Source: Oscillospiraceae bacterium (GTDB taxonomy: Bacteria; Bacillota; Clostridia; Oscillospirales; UBA929). Taken from it: a stretch of DNA of 64,000 nucleotides. Below are positions 15,795 through 24,027 of this stretch, piece by piece. Position 1 is the stretch's first letter, and each line of letters begins with the position of its first letter. The stretch lies in the NCBI GenBank assembly GCA_031549605.1, contig JAVBPM010000005.1:2315-66314 (forward strand), written 5' to 3'. Under the pieces are notes generated by a model that made no database searches, had not been told where the DNA came from, and saw nothing but the letters and a program-made list of their open reading frames with translations. The position numbers were made by a program, and so were the translations under genes.

Positions 15795-16437
15795 ACGATG
15801 CCAAGTTGAGATTTTATCGGGGCAACGGCGTTGTCCGCTGTGTCACGACGTGCTGACTGAAGCGGCCACGGAAAACACCGCCTACCCTGTCTATACGCTT
15901 AAAAAACAGCGCAGCGCCTTTTACCGTCGGCTGTTGCTCTTTGTGTCGCTGGCGGCTATTTTGGTCTGCTCGTTAATCAACATTCTGACCGGCGGACGGC
16001 TGTGGTCGATTTATGTCACGGCCAGTGTGCTCTGCTTCTGGCTGTTTATTGACTTCTCCGCCTTTCAGCACAGCTGGCTGCGCGCGACGCTGCGCTGCAC
16101 CTTCGCCGGTGCGCTGTTTGTCTTTGTCGTCGATGTGCTGGACGGGCATCTCGACTGGTCGTCGAGCTGGGTATTGCCGGCGGTATTCTTCAGCATTACG
16201 CTGCTGCTGACGGTTTTTATTATCGCCAAGCCGCTGCGGCTGCATGATTTTATGTTTTATCTGCTAACGATGGCTTTCTTTGGGCTGGCGCTGGTTGTCG
16301 GCGGCATTGTCGGGCTGTTCTCGCCCGTGTTGCCCGCCTATATCGGCGCGGCGTATCAGCTGCTGACAATTCTGGCGCTGTCGGTGTTTAGCGACCGCTC
16401 GATGGGTTCTGAGCTGAAAAAACGGCTGCATATTTAA
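15784..16437 (+). CDS. zinc-ribbon membrane protein (DUF6320-like)
   Basis: MKCRRCQVEILSGQRRCPLCHD zinc ribbon followed by about 5 TM helices. GGAGGTG RBS. The start overlaps the end of the acyltransferase gene. Confidence 0.6.
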   Translation: MKCRRCQVEILSGQRRCPLCHDVLTEAATENTAYPVYTLKKQRSAFYRRLLLFVSLAAILVCSLINILTGGRLWSIYVTASVLCFWLFIDFSAFQHSWLRATLRCTFAGALFVFVVDVLDGHLDWSSSWVLPAVFFSITLLLTVFIIAKPLRLHDFMFYLLTMAFFGLALVVGGIVGLFSPVLPAYIGAAYQLLTILALSVFSDRSMGSELKKRLHI

Positions 16438-16517
16438 TCGTTCGGACTTGTCGAAAGCGGTCGCAACTGGTATACTGATAAGAAAAGTAGCGTTGGAGGT
16501 GTGTCCTCATAGAATAT

Positions 16518-17942
16518 GTGCTTTGGGGTGCCATAGCTGTCTTTACAGTACTGGCCGTTTGGTTACTATTGAAAAAGCGGGTCGATCGCCTGCCGCGGCA
16601 GTATGGTGAGCTTTCAATTACGCTGCCGTCGCAGCAAACGATACAGCACGCCGCCGACAGCTTGTCGCTGATGGTGCGCTGTCCGACGGTCAGCGTGCCG
16701 GACGGCAAGGGCGACTTTGTCGCTTTTGACGTAATGCTGCGCTTTTTGAAGCTGGTTTACCCGCTTTGTTTCGCCAGAATGAAGCTCGATTTGGTCAATG
16801 ATTACAGTATTATGCTGCACTGGAAGGGCAAGAACAGCAAGCTGGAGCCGCTGCTGTTTTGTGCCCATCTGGACGTTGTGCCGGCCGGTGAGGGCTGGTC
16901 GCACGACCCCTTTGGCGGCGACCAGTCGGGCGGCTATGTGCACGGACGCGGCACGCTCGACGTGAAGAGCGCGATGGTCTGTTTGCTGGAATCGGCGGAG
17001 CAGCTGCTGGCCGAGGGCTACACGCCGGAAAATGACATTTATTTTGCCTTTGGGCACGACGAGGAGATTGGCGGTCGCCATGGAGCGGCGGCTATGGCTC
17101 GGCGGTTTGCGCATCGCGGCCTGCGGTTTGCCATGGTGCTGGACGAGGGCGGCTTTTGCATGAAGCACGGCGAGCAGTATGTGGCGCAGGTGGGTGTGGC
17201 CGAAAAGGGCATGATGAACCTGCGGCTGTCCTGCCGCGACGACGGCGGTCACGCCGCTACGCCGCCCAAGCACACAGCACTGGGCCGGCTGGCCGAGGCG
17301 ATTAGCCGCATTGAAGCTTGCCAGCCCAAGCCGAGGCTGACGACATTGACACGCGATTATTATACCGCCGTGGCGGCCACGCTGCCGCACAAGCAGCGGT
17401 TTTGGCTGGCCAACAGCCGGCTGTTTGGCCGGGCGCTGATCCGATCGCTGGCCACCGAACCGGCCGACAATGCGCTGCTGCGCACGACGGCGGTGCCGAC
17501 GGTAGCACAGGGCGGGGACACGCCTAACGTACTGCCGCGCACGGCTGAGGCGGTTGTCAATGTCCGGCTGTTGACCGGCGACAGCAGTCAGCATTTCCTC
17601 GACTATATCAAGCGGCTGACCTCTGATTTGCGCGTGGAAATCAACGTGCTGCGCGCGCAGGAGCCGAGTTTGGTTTCGCGTTACAACGATCGCGTCTTTT
17701 TTCAGCTGACCGAGTCAATTCAAGATGTGCTGGGGCCGGTTACGGTGGCGCCCTACCTGATGGCCGGGGCCACCGACGCCTCGAAGTACGAGCAGCTGAG
17801 CTATCACACCTATCGCTATTGTCCCTTTGTGCTGTCCAAGGCCAATCACGCCACCATTCATGCCGCCAACGAGCGTATTCAAGACAAGGCGCTGGGTTGC
17901 GCCGTGCTGTTCTATCGCTCGTTGATGAGTAAAACATGGTAA
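16518..17942 (+). CDS. M20/M25/M40 family metallopeptidase (carboxypeptidase-like) with an N-terminal membrane anchor
   Basis: FCAHLDVVPAGEGWSHDPFGG ... GRGTLDVKS ... FGHDEEIGG motifs. Confidence 0.8.
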   Translation: MLWGAIAVFTVLAVWLLLKKRVDRLPRQYGELSITLPSQQTIQHAADSLSLMVRCPTVSVPDGKGDFVAFDVMLRFLKLVYPLCFARMKLDLVNDYSIMLHWKGKNSKLEPLLFCAHLDVVPAGEGWSHDPFGGDQSGGYVHGRGTLDVKSAMVCLLESAEQLLAEGYTPENDIYFAFGHDEEIGGRHGAAAMARRFAHRGLRFAMVLDEGGFCMKHGEQYVAQVGVAEKGMMNLRLSCRDDGGHAATPPKHTALGRLAEAISRIEACQPKPRLTTLTRDYYTAVAATLPHKQRFWLANSRLFGRALIRSLATEPADNALLRTTAVPTVAQGGDTPNVLPRTAEAVVNVRLLTGDSSQHFLDYIKRLTSDLRVEINVLRAQEPSLVSRYNDRVFFQLTESIQDVLGPVTVAPYLMAGATDASKYEQLSYHTYRYCPFVLSKANHATIHAANERIQDKALGCAVLFYRSLMSKTW

Positions 17943-18769
17943 ACGCCCGCAGCAACGCCGCCGAAGCCGTCGGACTGACGCTACAGGCGTCGGGCGCAGT
18001 CAAAGCGGCTACCGTGTCGCTCGGTGCTTTGGCGCTGAGTCAACGGCGTCTCGACGCGTTGGCGCGCAAAGCTGGCGGCGTCAACAGCGTTTTGGTTGCC
18101 GCGTTTCCCTACTATGCCGGCCCGCGTGACCTGCCTATGTCTCTTTACGCACAGGGCCTTGACTATGTACCGGTGCTGACGGCGCGCATGGAGCGCGCGG
18201 TTGAAGCGCTGGCACGCCGCTGGCCGTCGGCTTTTTTTGCCGCGCTGCCGGAGGGCTCGCCGCTGCCTATTGTGGAGGTTGCGTATCGCGCCGGGCTGGC
18301 GCTCAAGGGCAAGAACGGACTGGCGATTGTACCGCCCTATGGCAGTCTTATTTTTCTCAGCGCACTGGTGTCCGACATGGACTGGTCGGCGCTGTTGCCG
18401 CCGTCTACGGTGTGCAGTGACAGCTGTCGTGCCTGCCTGTCCGCCTGTCCGACCGGCGCCTTGCTATCCGACGGGCTGGATCGAGGTCGCTGTCTGTCCT
18501 ATATCAGCCAGCGCTGGCAGGCGACGCCCGAGCAGCTGGCGCTGCTGGAAAAAGACCCGACTCTCTGGGGCTGTGACCGCTGTCAGCTGTGCTGCCCGCA
18601 CAACCATGCACCCGCGCTGTCGCCTTATCCCGAGTTTACCGCGTCGCTGCTGCCGCCGGTCATTGACGCCGATGCGCTGGTGGGACGCGCCTGCAATAAG
18701 CACGGCCTGGCACTGTTGCAACGCAACGCCGAGCTGGGCGGCTTTCACCACATTAAAGGAGATTCTTGA
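17936..18769 (+). CDS. 4Fe-4S cluster protein, epoxyqueuosine reductase (QueG)-like
   Basis: CRACLSACPTGAL ... RCLSYISQ ... WGCDRCQLCCPHN. Shorter than canonical QueG. Confidence 0.5.
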   Translation: MVNARSNAAEAVGLTLQASGAVKAATVSLGALALSQRRLDALARKAGGVNSVLVAAFPYYAGPRDLPMSLYAQGLDYVPVLTARMERAVEALARRWPSAFFAALPEGSPLPIVEVAYRAGLALKGKNGLAIVPPYGSLIFLSALVSDMDWSALLPPSTVCSDSCRACLSACPTGALLSDGLDRGRCLSYISQRWQATPEQLALLEKDPTLWGCDRCQLCCPHNHAPALSPYPEFTASLLPPVIDADALVGRACNKHGLALLQRNAELGGFHHIKGDS

Positions 18770-18771
18770 CC

Positions 18772-20130
18772 ATGACGCGTTCTACAAAACTGCTCGGTCT
18801 ACTACTGGCAGTCGTGCTGCTGGCTTCACTGCTGCCCTCGGCGTTGGCCGCTTCCAAGCCGGTGCCCGTCGTTTACATTAATAGTGCTGCGATTGCTGTG
18901 GCACGTGACACTATACCGGTGGTGCAGGACAAGGCCGCCTATGGTTCGGCGGCGTTGCTGTCGTCGTTGGGCACGTTGCATTGCAATAGTAAGGAAAGTG
19001 ACAACATGCTGTCGCTGACCGACGCTGTCGGCAATTGGATGGTGTTTGCGCTGGACGACGGCTATGTCTACACCACCGATAACCGCAACCTGTCTAAGTG
19101 CAAGCTGGTTAAGCAGGAGGGCACCTACTACCTGCCGCTGGCTGAAATCTGTAAATTCTTTGGTTACTATTACGAACTGTATACCGGCTCGTTTGGCGCG
19201 GCGGTGCTGATTGACACCACCACTACGGAACCAGCGTCGACCGAATTGGCGGCACTCAAGCAGCGCGCAGTAGCCGAGGTGCCTGTGTTGGTACGCGCGT
19301 ATCAGGACGGAGCGACCGCTCCCAGCGCCAATCCGACAGCGCCGCCTTCGGGCACGCCGACGACATCGCGTGTGACGCTGCCGCCGGTGATTCCTTCGGC
19401 CGGCAGCTACACCAGCCGACCCACGCCCACAGCAAGCCAGCCCACCGACGGCAGTGGAACGACCGAAGTCTCGCCGACGCCCAAGCCCATGACCACCAAG
19501 GTTATTTATCTGACCATTGACGACGGCCCCAGCCAGTATACCCATGCCATTCTGGACGTGCTGGACCAGCACGGCGCGAAAGCCACCTTCTTTATGCAGG
19601 GCTGCTATTATGAGGACGGCGACGACGCCCTGCGCCGCATTGTCGGCAGCGGGCACGCCTACGGGCTGCACAGCTATACGCACTCCGAGAGCAAGTTTTA
19701 CGCCTCGCCCGAGGCTATGATCGGTGAACTGAACCAGTGCAACGACTTGATGCGCGCCATCGCCGTTACGCGCTCGCGCTTGGTGCGAACGCCCTATGGC
19801 TCCGATCCCTATTTTTCACCCGGGGCTAAGAAACACCGCCCGGGCCAGCGCGAGGCGATGAACAACGCCGGCTTCCGCTATTGGGACTGGGATATCGACT
19901 CCAACGACTGGCGCTTCAAAAAGGATCAGGGCGCTGAGGTGGGGCAGGGCATTATTAACCAGCTGAAGAACCACGATTTTTCTTCGCCGGCAATCGTGCT
20001 TTTCCATGAAAAATCGTTTACCGCCGGCTTTTTGCCTGCCGTGTTGGCATACGGCAAAAGCATTGGCGCCGAGTTCCGCGCCATTACCGATGTTGACTCG
20101 CCCTATAACTACCAGCGCGATCGAACGTAA
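18772..20130 (+). CDS. secreted polysaccharide deacetylase (NodB domain) with an N-terminal stalk domain and a Pro/Thr linker
   Basis: Signal peptide MTRSTKLLGLLLAVVLLASLLPSALA. NodB motifs YLTIDDGP ... ATFF ... HSYTH. ATG 18772 behind AAAGGAG. Confidence 0.85.
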   Translation: MTRSTKLLGLLLAVVLLASLLPSALAASKPVPVVYINSAAIAVARDTIPVVQDKAAYGSAALLSSLGTLHCNSKESDNMLSLTDAVGNWMVFALDDGYVYTTDNRNLSKCKLVKQEGTYYLPLAEICKFFGYYYELYTGSFGAAVLIDTTTTEPASTELAALKQRAVAEVPVLVRAYQDGATAPSANPTAPPSGTPTTSRVTLPPVIPSAGSYTSRPTPTASQPTDGSGTTEVSPTPKPMTTKVIYLTIDDGPSQYTHAILDVLDQHGAKATFFMQGCYYEDGDDALRRIVGSGHAYGLHSYTHSESKFYASPEAMIGELNQCNDLMRAIAVTRSRLVRTPYGSDPYFSPGAKKHRPGQREAMNNAGFRYWDWDIDSNDWRFKKDQGAEVGQGIINQLKNHDFSSPAIVLFHEKSFTAGFLPAVLAYGKSIGAEFRAITDVDSPYNYQRDRT

Positions 20131-20138
20131 AAAAGGGG

Positions 20139-20167
20139 TTGCATCTTTTGCGCCGGTGTGCTACAAT
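20139..20167 (+). promoter_or_regulatory. sigma-70-type promoter of the tRNA-His locus
   Basis: TTGCAT, 17-nt spacer, TACAAT, about 30 nt upstream of the tRNA. Confidence 0.55.
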
Positions 20168-20196
20168 ACACTGCGCGCGGGCAAGAGTACCTATGT

Positions 20197-20274
20197 GGTG
20201 GGTGTGGCTTAGCTGGTTAAAGCACCAGATTGTGGTTCTGGGGATCGCCGGTTCGAATCCGGTCACCCACCCCA
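20197..20274 (+). tRNA. tRNA-His (GTG)
   Basis: Extra 5' G(-1), acceptor GTGGGTG/CACCCAC, anticodon loop TTGTGGT, T-loop GGTTCGAATCC, encoded CCA. Confidence 0.9.
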
Positions 20275-20312
20275 ACTTTTCTTGCGTTCAGGACGTCGAC
20301 ACGCCGAAAGGA

Positions 20313-20390
20313 TGGGACGTCCGCCAAGTCGGTAGGGCACTAGGCTTTGAATCTGGCCTTTTGCAGATTCAAATCCTGCCGAGACGTCCA
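20313..20390 (+). pseudogene. degenerate tRNA-Gln(TTG)-like sequence
   Basis: Aligns along its length with the tRNA-Gln at 23155-23231. It has an extra base after the acceptor 5' arm and A instead of G at the G53 position of the T-stem. Extra bases separate the T-stem from the acceptor 3' arm, and there is no CCA. I could not fold a clean cloverleaf by hand. Confidence 0.35.
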
Positions 20391-20401
20391 AGAGCAAATC
20401 A

Positions 20402-20447
20402 AATCGGACAAACCCTTGGAGAAACAGGGCTTGTCCGATTTTTTTGC
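20402..20447 (+). terminator. rho-independent terminator after the tRNA cluster
   Basis: AATCGGACAAACCC...GGGCTTGTCCGATTTTTTT. Confidence 0.8.
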
Positions 20448-20624
20448 ACAATAGTCGCTGATAAAAAAAAGTGCGTCAGGTATTTGCCAAATTGAACTGT
20501 CAAAATACATTACACAAAACAAAAGGACACGAGCTACCGCCACATTAACAGCGGGCTCGTGTCCTGTTTGTTATATCATGCTATAACACTCCGGTGTATT
20601 GCTATCTCTGTACTGCGGCAAGCC

Positions 20625-22667
20625 TCAAGTAGCATCGCTCACGCTGAACCGCTCGCTTATTCTCTGGACAACAGCAGCAACTTCACTGCGACGAGTGTCG
20701 TTAACCGGAGCAAATGTACCATTGCTGCCGACCATCAGCTTTTCAGCGATAACCCACTGCACAGCAGGTTTGGCCCAGTTGCTCACCTTGCCGGCATCCT
20801 TGAACGTACTCAAATCATCCCGCGCGGTAATATCGGCACCTTTGAACCGGGCGTATCTTTGCATAATGGCGGCCATCTGTTCACGGGTTACGACACGGTC
20901 GGGGCGGAAGGTCTCGGCGCTGAAGCCAACAACAATGCCTTTTTCAGCCGCCCAGTCAACGGCAACGTCGTAGTAAGCGCCGGCTGTGACATCGGTGAAG
21001 GTACAGGATGTATTCGCTGCAGGCTTGCCCTCCATGCGCCACAAGATGGTAACAAACATGGCACGGGTGGTGCCGACTGTCGGCGAGAACTTGTCAGCGG
21101 AGGTGCCCGCCATGAAGTCGTTTTGGAAGCAGAAGTCTACATTGGCGGCAAACCAAGCGTTTGCAGGTACGTCGATGAAGACGTGCAGTTTTTTCAACAG
21201 CGCATTGCAGTTGGCTATGGCATCTTTAACTGCACTGATTTCGGCAGCGGTCAGGTTGCCCGTATGGTCTTTCAGCAGCGCCTTGTAGGCAGCCAGCGCA
21301 GTGTTAATGTCGTCGCGGTCGTCCTCTGTTACCGTTTCCTTGGTCAAGCCGCTGACTGCTTCGTCGGCTTTGGTGACTTCGACTTTAACGCGACCCAAGA
21401 CGTCCAGCAAATCCTCACACTTGTCCAGGCCAGCCTGCAATGCAGCCAATTCTTCTTCGGTCGCATCGGTAGTGTCCAACGCTTTGAGTGCGGCGTCCAC
21501 ACGCTCAATGGTGGCCTTGTCCATAGATTTAACATTAAGCTCGGTCAAGTCTTTGATACTGGCGAGAATGCTGTTGATATCCAGCGAATTGCGGATGTCA
21601 TCCAGCGAGCTCTCCACATCGGGGTCCAGGCTCGAGTAGTAGTTGAAACTCGTCGAAGCGGAGGCCGCAATGCTTTGGAGGTTAAACGTAATGGCAATCG
21701 CACTATCCTCCAGGCTGTAGCCGTTCAAATCAGCAGCGGCCAGTTGCTCTTGCGTCAATGCAATGGCTTCTTCAGCTGCCTGCGTGGGCAAACCTTCGGT
21801 AGTTTCTGTCCACAACCCGTCTATGTAAGCCGATGTCGGCGCAAAAGCAACACCGTGTGAAACGCGCGCCCTGTTGTCAAATGCGATAAAAAACATACCG
21901 TCGAGCGTAGTATTGCCGCGTGCGACAACCATGGCGAAGTTCGACGTTGAACCGGCTACATCGGAAACCGGGTTGCAGATCACCTTGTTGTATGTTTCGT
22001 AGTTATTTGTCGGTTTGTAGTCCTGATCGGGATCAAAGCTGCGCATAAAGCGAACATTCTCGACCGCTGCGCTGCCCTGATTGGTAACAACCACCTGAGT
22101 ATCGTAATAACTGTCGTTAACGCCAAAGGAGTATGTAAGTTCTACCTTAACATTCTCGGCGGTAATGCCGGTGGTCACTGCCTTCAGCAAGTCCTTTGAC
22201 GTGTCTGACGCGTCAACAGTTGTCGGCTGCTGAATGGCCGTACCCGGCCAAGCCGCTCCGTTTCTATCCGCGAGCGGATAGTTGTAAGTAGTGGCGCCGA
22301 TTTGATATGTCAAAACCCAGCGCTCTTCCGGTGTCCCCGGTAAAAAGAAATCGCCCGTGGTTGGCGCATTGCCAATATTCCACCCGTCGCCGTCGGACAC
22401 TAACCCCAGGCCTTTGTACGCCATGTCTCTGTGAAAGCTGGCATCGGTCGGCGCGACTTGCGTACCGAACGAACCACCTTTACTGACGCCGACTTCGATG
22501 TAGTTGCCGCCCAAAAAGACGTCGCCGGTAGTGGCATTGTACTCGCTGCGTGCTCCGGGAAGTGTTCCTTCTTCGGCCCTTGCCGAAGTGAGTGGCCCGA
22601 TTGCGACAGACAGCGCCAACGCTGTCGTCAGCATGGTTGAGATGCCTTTTGTTGAAAACAGTTTCAT
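20625..22667 (-). CDS. S-layer-homology (SLH) anchored cell-surface protein
   Basis: Signal peptide from ATG 22667 (MKLFSTKGISTMLTTALALSVAIGPLTSARA, GGAGAAAAA RBS). Three C-terminal SLH repeats (FIDVPANAWF..., FTDVTAGAYY..., FKDAGKVSNWA...). The ORF-track start at 22838 is probably too far upstream. Confidence 0.85.
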   Translation of the reverse strand: MKLFSTKGISTMLTTALALSVAIGPLTSARAEEGTLPGARSEYNATTGDVFLGGNYIEVGVSKGGSFGTQVAPTDASFHRDMAYKGLGLVSDGDGWNIGNAPTTGDFFLPGTPEERWVLTYQIGATTYNYPLADRNGAAWPGTAIQQPTTVDASDTSKDLLKAVTTGITAENVKVELTYSFGVNDSYYDTQVVVTNQGSAAVENVRFMRSFDPDQDYKPTNNYETYNKVICNPVSDVAGSTSNFAMVVARGNTTLDGMFFIAFDNRARVSHGVAFAPTSAYIDGLWTETTEGLPTQAAEEAIALTQEQLAAADLNGYSLEDSAIAITFNLQSIAASASTSFNYYSSLDPDVESSLDDIRNSLDINSILASIKDLTELNVKSMDKATIERVDAALKALDTTDATEEELAALQAGLDKCEDLLDVLGRVKVEVTKADEAVSGLTKETVTEDDRDDINTALAAYKALLKDHTGNLTAAEISAVKDAIANCNALLKKLHVFIDVPANAWFAANVDFCFQNDFMAGTSADKFSPTVGTTRAMFVTILWRMEGKPAANTSCTFTDVTAGAYYDVAVDWAAEKGIVVGFSAETFRPDRVVTREQMAAIMQRYARFKGADITARDDLSTFKDAGKVSNWAKPAVQWVIAEKLMVGSNGTFAPVNDTRRSEVAAVVQRISERFSVSDAT

Positions 22668-22986
22668 GATATTTTTCTCCTTTTTCTTTTGATATACTAC
22701 CGCGGTATCGGGTCGCCGGTCACACGAAACCGCCAGTTTTTGGCACTTAATCATGTGACGTGACCGGAAAGAAAAAGTTCCTGCTTCTCCGTAAAAAAAT
22801 ATGCAATTGTTTTCTAGGGAGTTTGTGTTAGTGCGCAAAAATGGGAATTTTTATTTACGTTTCGCCAAACAATTGCATTGCGACAACGATTAATATCCTA
22901 GTCACACAGCGCATAGCGTCATGCCAGCGCTTCGTTGTATTTTGTCATAATGCCCATAAGGATGCGACCGTGCCTGAAAAATATGA

Positions 22987-23015
22987 TTGACAAATTCGGT
23001 TTACTATTATAGAAT
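22987..23015 (+). promoter_or_regulatory. sigma-70-type promoter of the tRNA-Gln/tRNA-Lys locus
   Basis: TTGACA, 17-nt spacer, TAGAAT, about 140 nt upstream of the tRNA-Gln. Confidence 0.5.
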
Positions 23016-23154
23016 AGTTGGGCAACTGCTTAGAAGGTGTCTGACACACGCTGTCATCCTACTATAAGTATTGCCATAGGTTGTTGTTTTTGCTACAGCT
23101 ATGAAAAGCTCAGTAAAATCAGTGTTTTGCTGACTCTACCGCAGTCTCAAACAT

Positions 23155-23231
23155 TGGGATGTCGCCAAGTCGGTAAGGCACCAGACTTTGACTCTGGCAT
23201 TTCGCAGGTTCGAGTCCTGCCATCCCAGCCA
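23155..23231 (+). tRNA. tRNA-Gln (TTG)
   Basis: Acceptor TGGGATG/CATCCCA, anticodon stem-loop CCAGA-CTTTGAC-TCTGG, T-arm GCAGG-TTCGAGT-CCTGC, encoded CCA. Confidence 0.9.
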
Positions 23232-23268
23232 CGAAGCATCGCGGCAGGCCTCGCTTGCCGCCTTTTAC

Positions 23269-23344
23269 GGTCTGCTAGCTCAGTCGGTAGAGCATCTGCC
23301 TTTTAAGCAGGTGGTCCGCGGTTCGAATCCGCGGCAGATCACCA
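23269..23344 (+). tRNA. tRNA-Lys (TTT)
   Basis: GGTCTGCTAGCTCAGTCGGTAGAGC..., anticodon loop CTTTTAA, T-arm CGCGG-TTCGAAT-CCGCG, encoded CCA. Confidence 0.9.
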
Positions 23345-23347
23345 GAT

Positions 23348-23387
23348 AAGCAGGGTCTTTTCGACCCTGCTTGTTTTCTTTTTTTCT
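23348..23387 (+). terminator. rho-independent terminator after tRNA-Lys
   Basis: AAGCAGGGTCTTTTCGACCCTGCTT followed by a T-rich run. Confidence 0.8.
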
Positions 23388-23464
23388 TGACAACGAGGCT
23401 GTATGCTGGTATGCTGTTTGCCGGCAATAGATTTGCCAATGAATGAAATGTAAGGGGAAAAAAC

Positions 23465-23962
23465 ATGAAAACATCGACCAAACTCGCTGCGCTGCTCATG
23501 CTGGTGCTGGTGCTGCTGACCGCCTGCGGCGGCGAAAAAGCCACCTCGACCACCGCCGCTCCGGCCATTGAAGGCGCGCCGAACGGCACCTACAAGGCCA
23601 CCTTGGATGACACCGAGATGACGCTGAGCTTCAACGGCTACAACTTCACCATGGATGTTCCGGCCGACCAGATGGGTCTGACCGATGGCTCCACCTTTAA
23701 GCTGAGCGGCACCTTTACTATGGACGACAAGACCGTTAAGTTCAAGCCCGATGAAGACGCGCTGAAAACCGAGATGCGCACGCTGGTTAAGAAGATGCTG
23801 AAAGACCAAGGTATGGATGACTCGGTCATTACCGATGATATGATTAACAGTATGCTCGACAGCCAGATGGGTCAGCTGACCTCCTCCTTCGAGCAGATGG
23901 TCGGCACCTATGATGCCGACGCCGACACCGTTACGGCCGGCGAAAACGTCTTTAAGAAGTAA
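23465..23962 (+). CDS. small lipoprotein of unknown function
   Basis: Lipobox LLTAC-GGEK after a hydrophobic signal sequence. 165 aa. Confidence 0.75.
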   Translation: MKTSTKLAALLMLVLVLLTACGGEKATSTTAAPAIEGAPNGTYKATLDDTEMTLSFNGYNFTMDVPADQMGLTDGSTFKLSGTFTMDDKTVKFKPDEDALKTEMRTLVKKMLKDQGMDDSVITDDMINSMLDSQMGQLTSSFEQMVGTYDADADTVTAGENVFKK

Positions 23963-23977
23963 AACACACACAACCTC

Positions 23978-24026
23978 AAAAAAACAAAGCAGGTCGGGAT
24001 ATGTTCCCGACCTGCTTTGTTTTTGT
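23978..24026. terminator. bidirectional rho-independent terminator (lipoprotein gene / PBP2 gene)
   Basis: A-run, ACAAAGCAGGTCGGGA-TATGT-TCCCGACCTGCTTTGT, T-run, between convergent genes. Confidence 0.85.
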
Positions 24027-24027
24027 C

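Noticed and set aside
20559-21860. 433-aa plus-strand ORF opposite the SLH gene
   Set aside because: Antisense to a gene with a signal peptide and three SLH repeats. No RBS and no recognisable domains.
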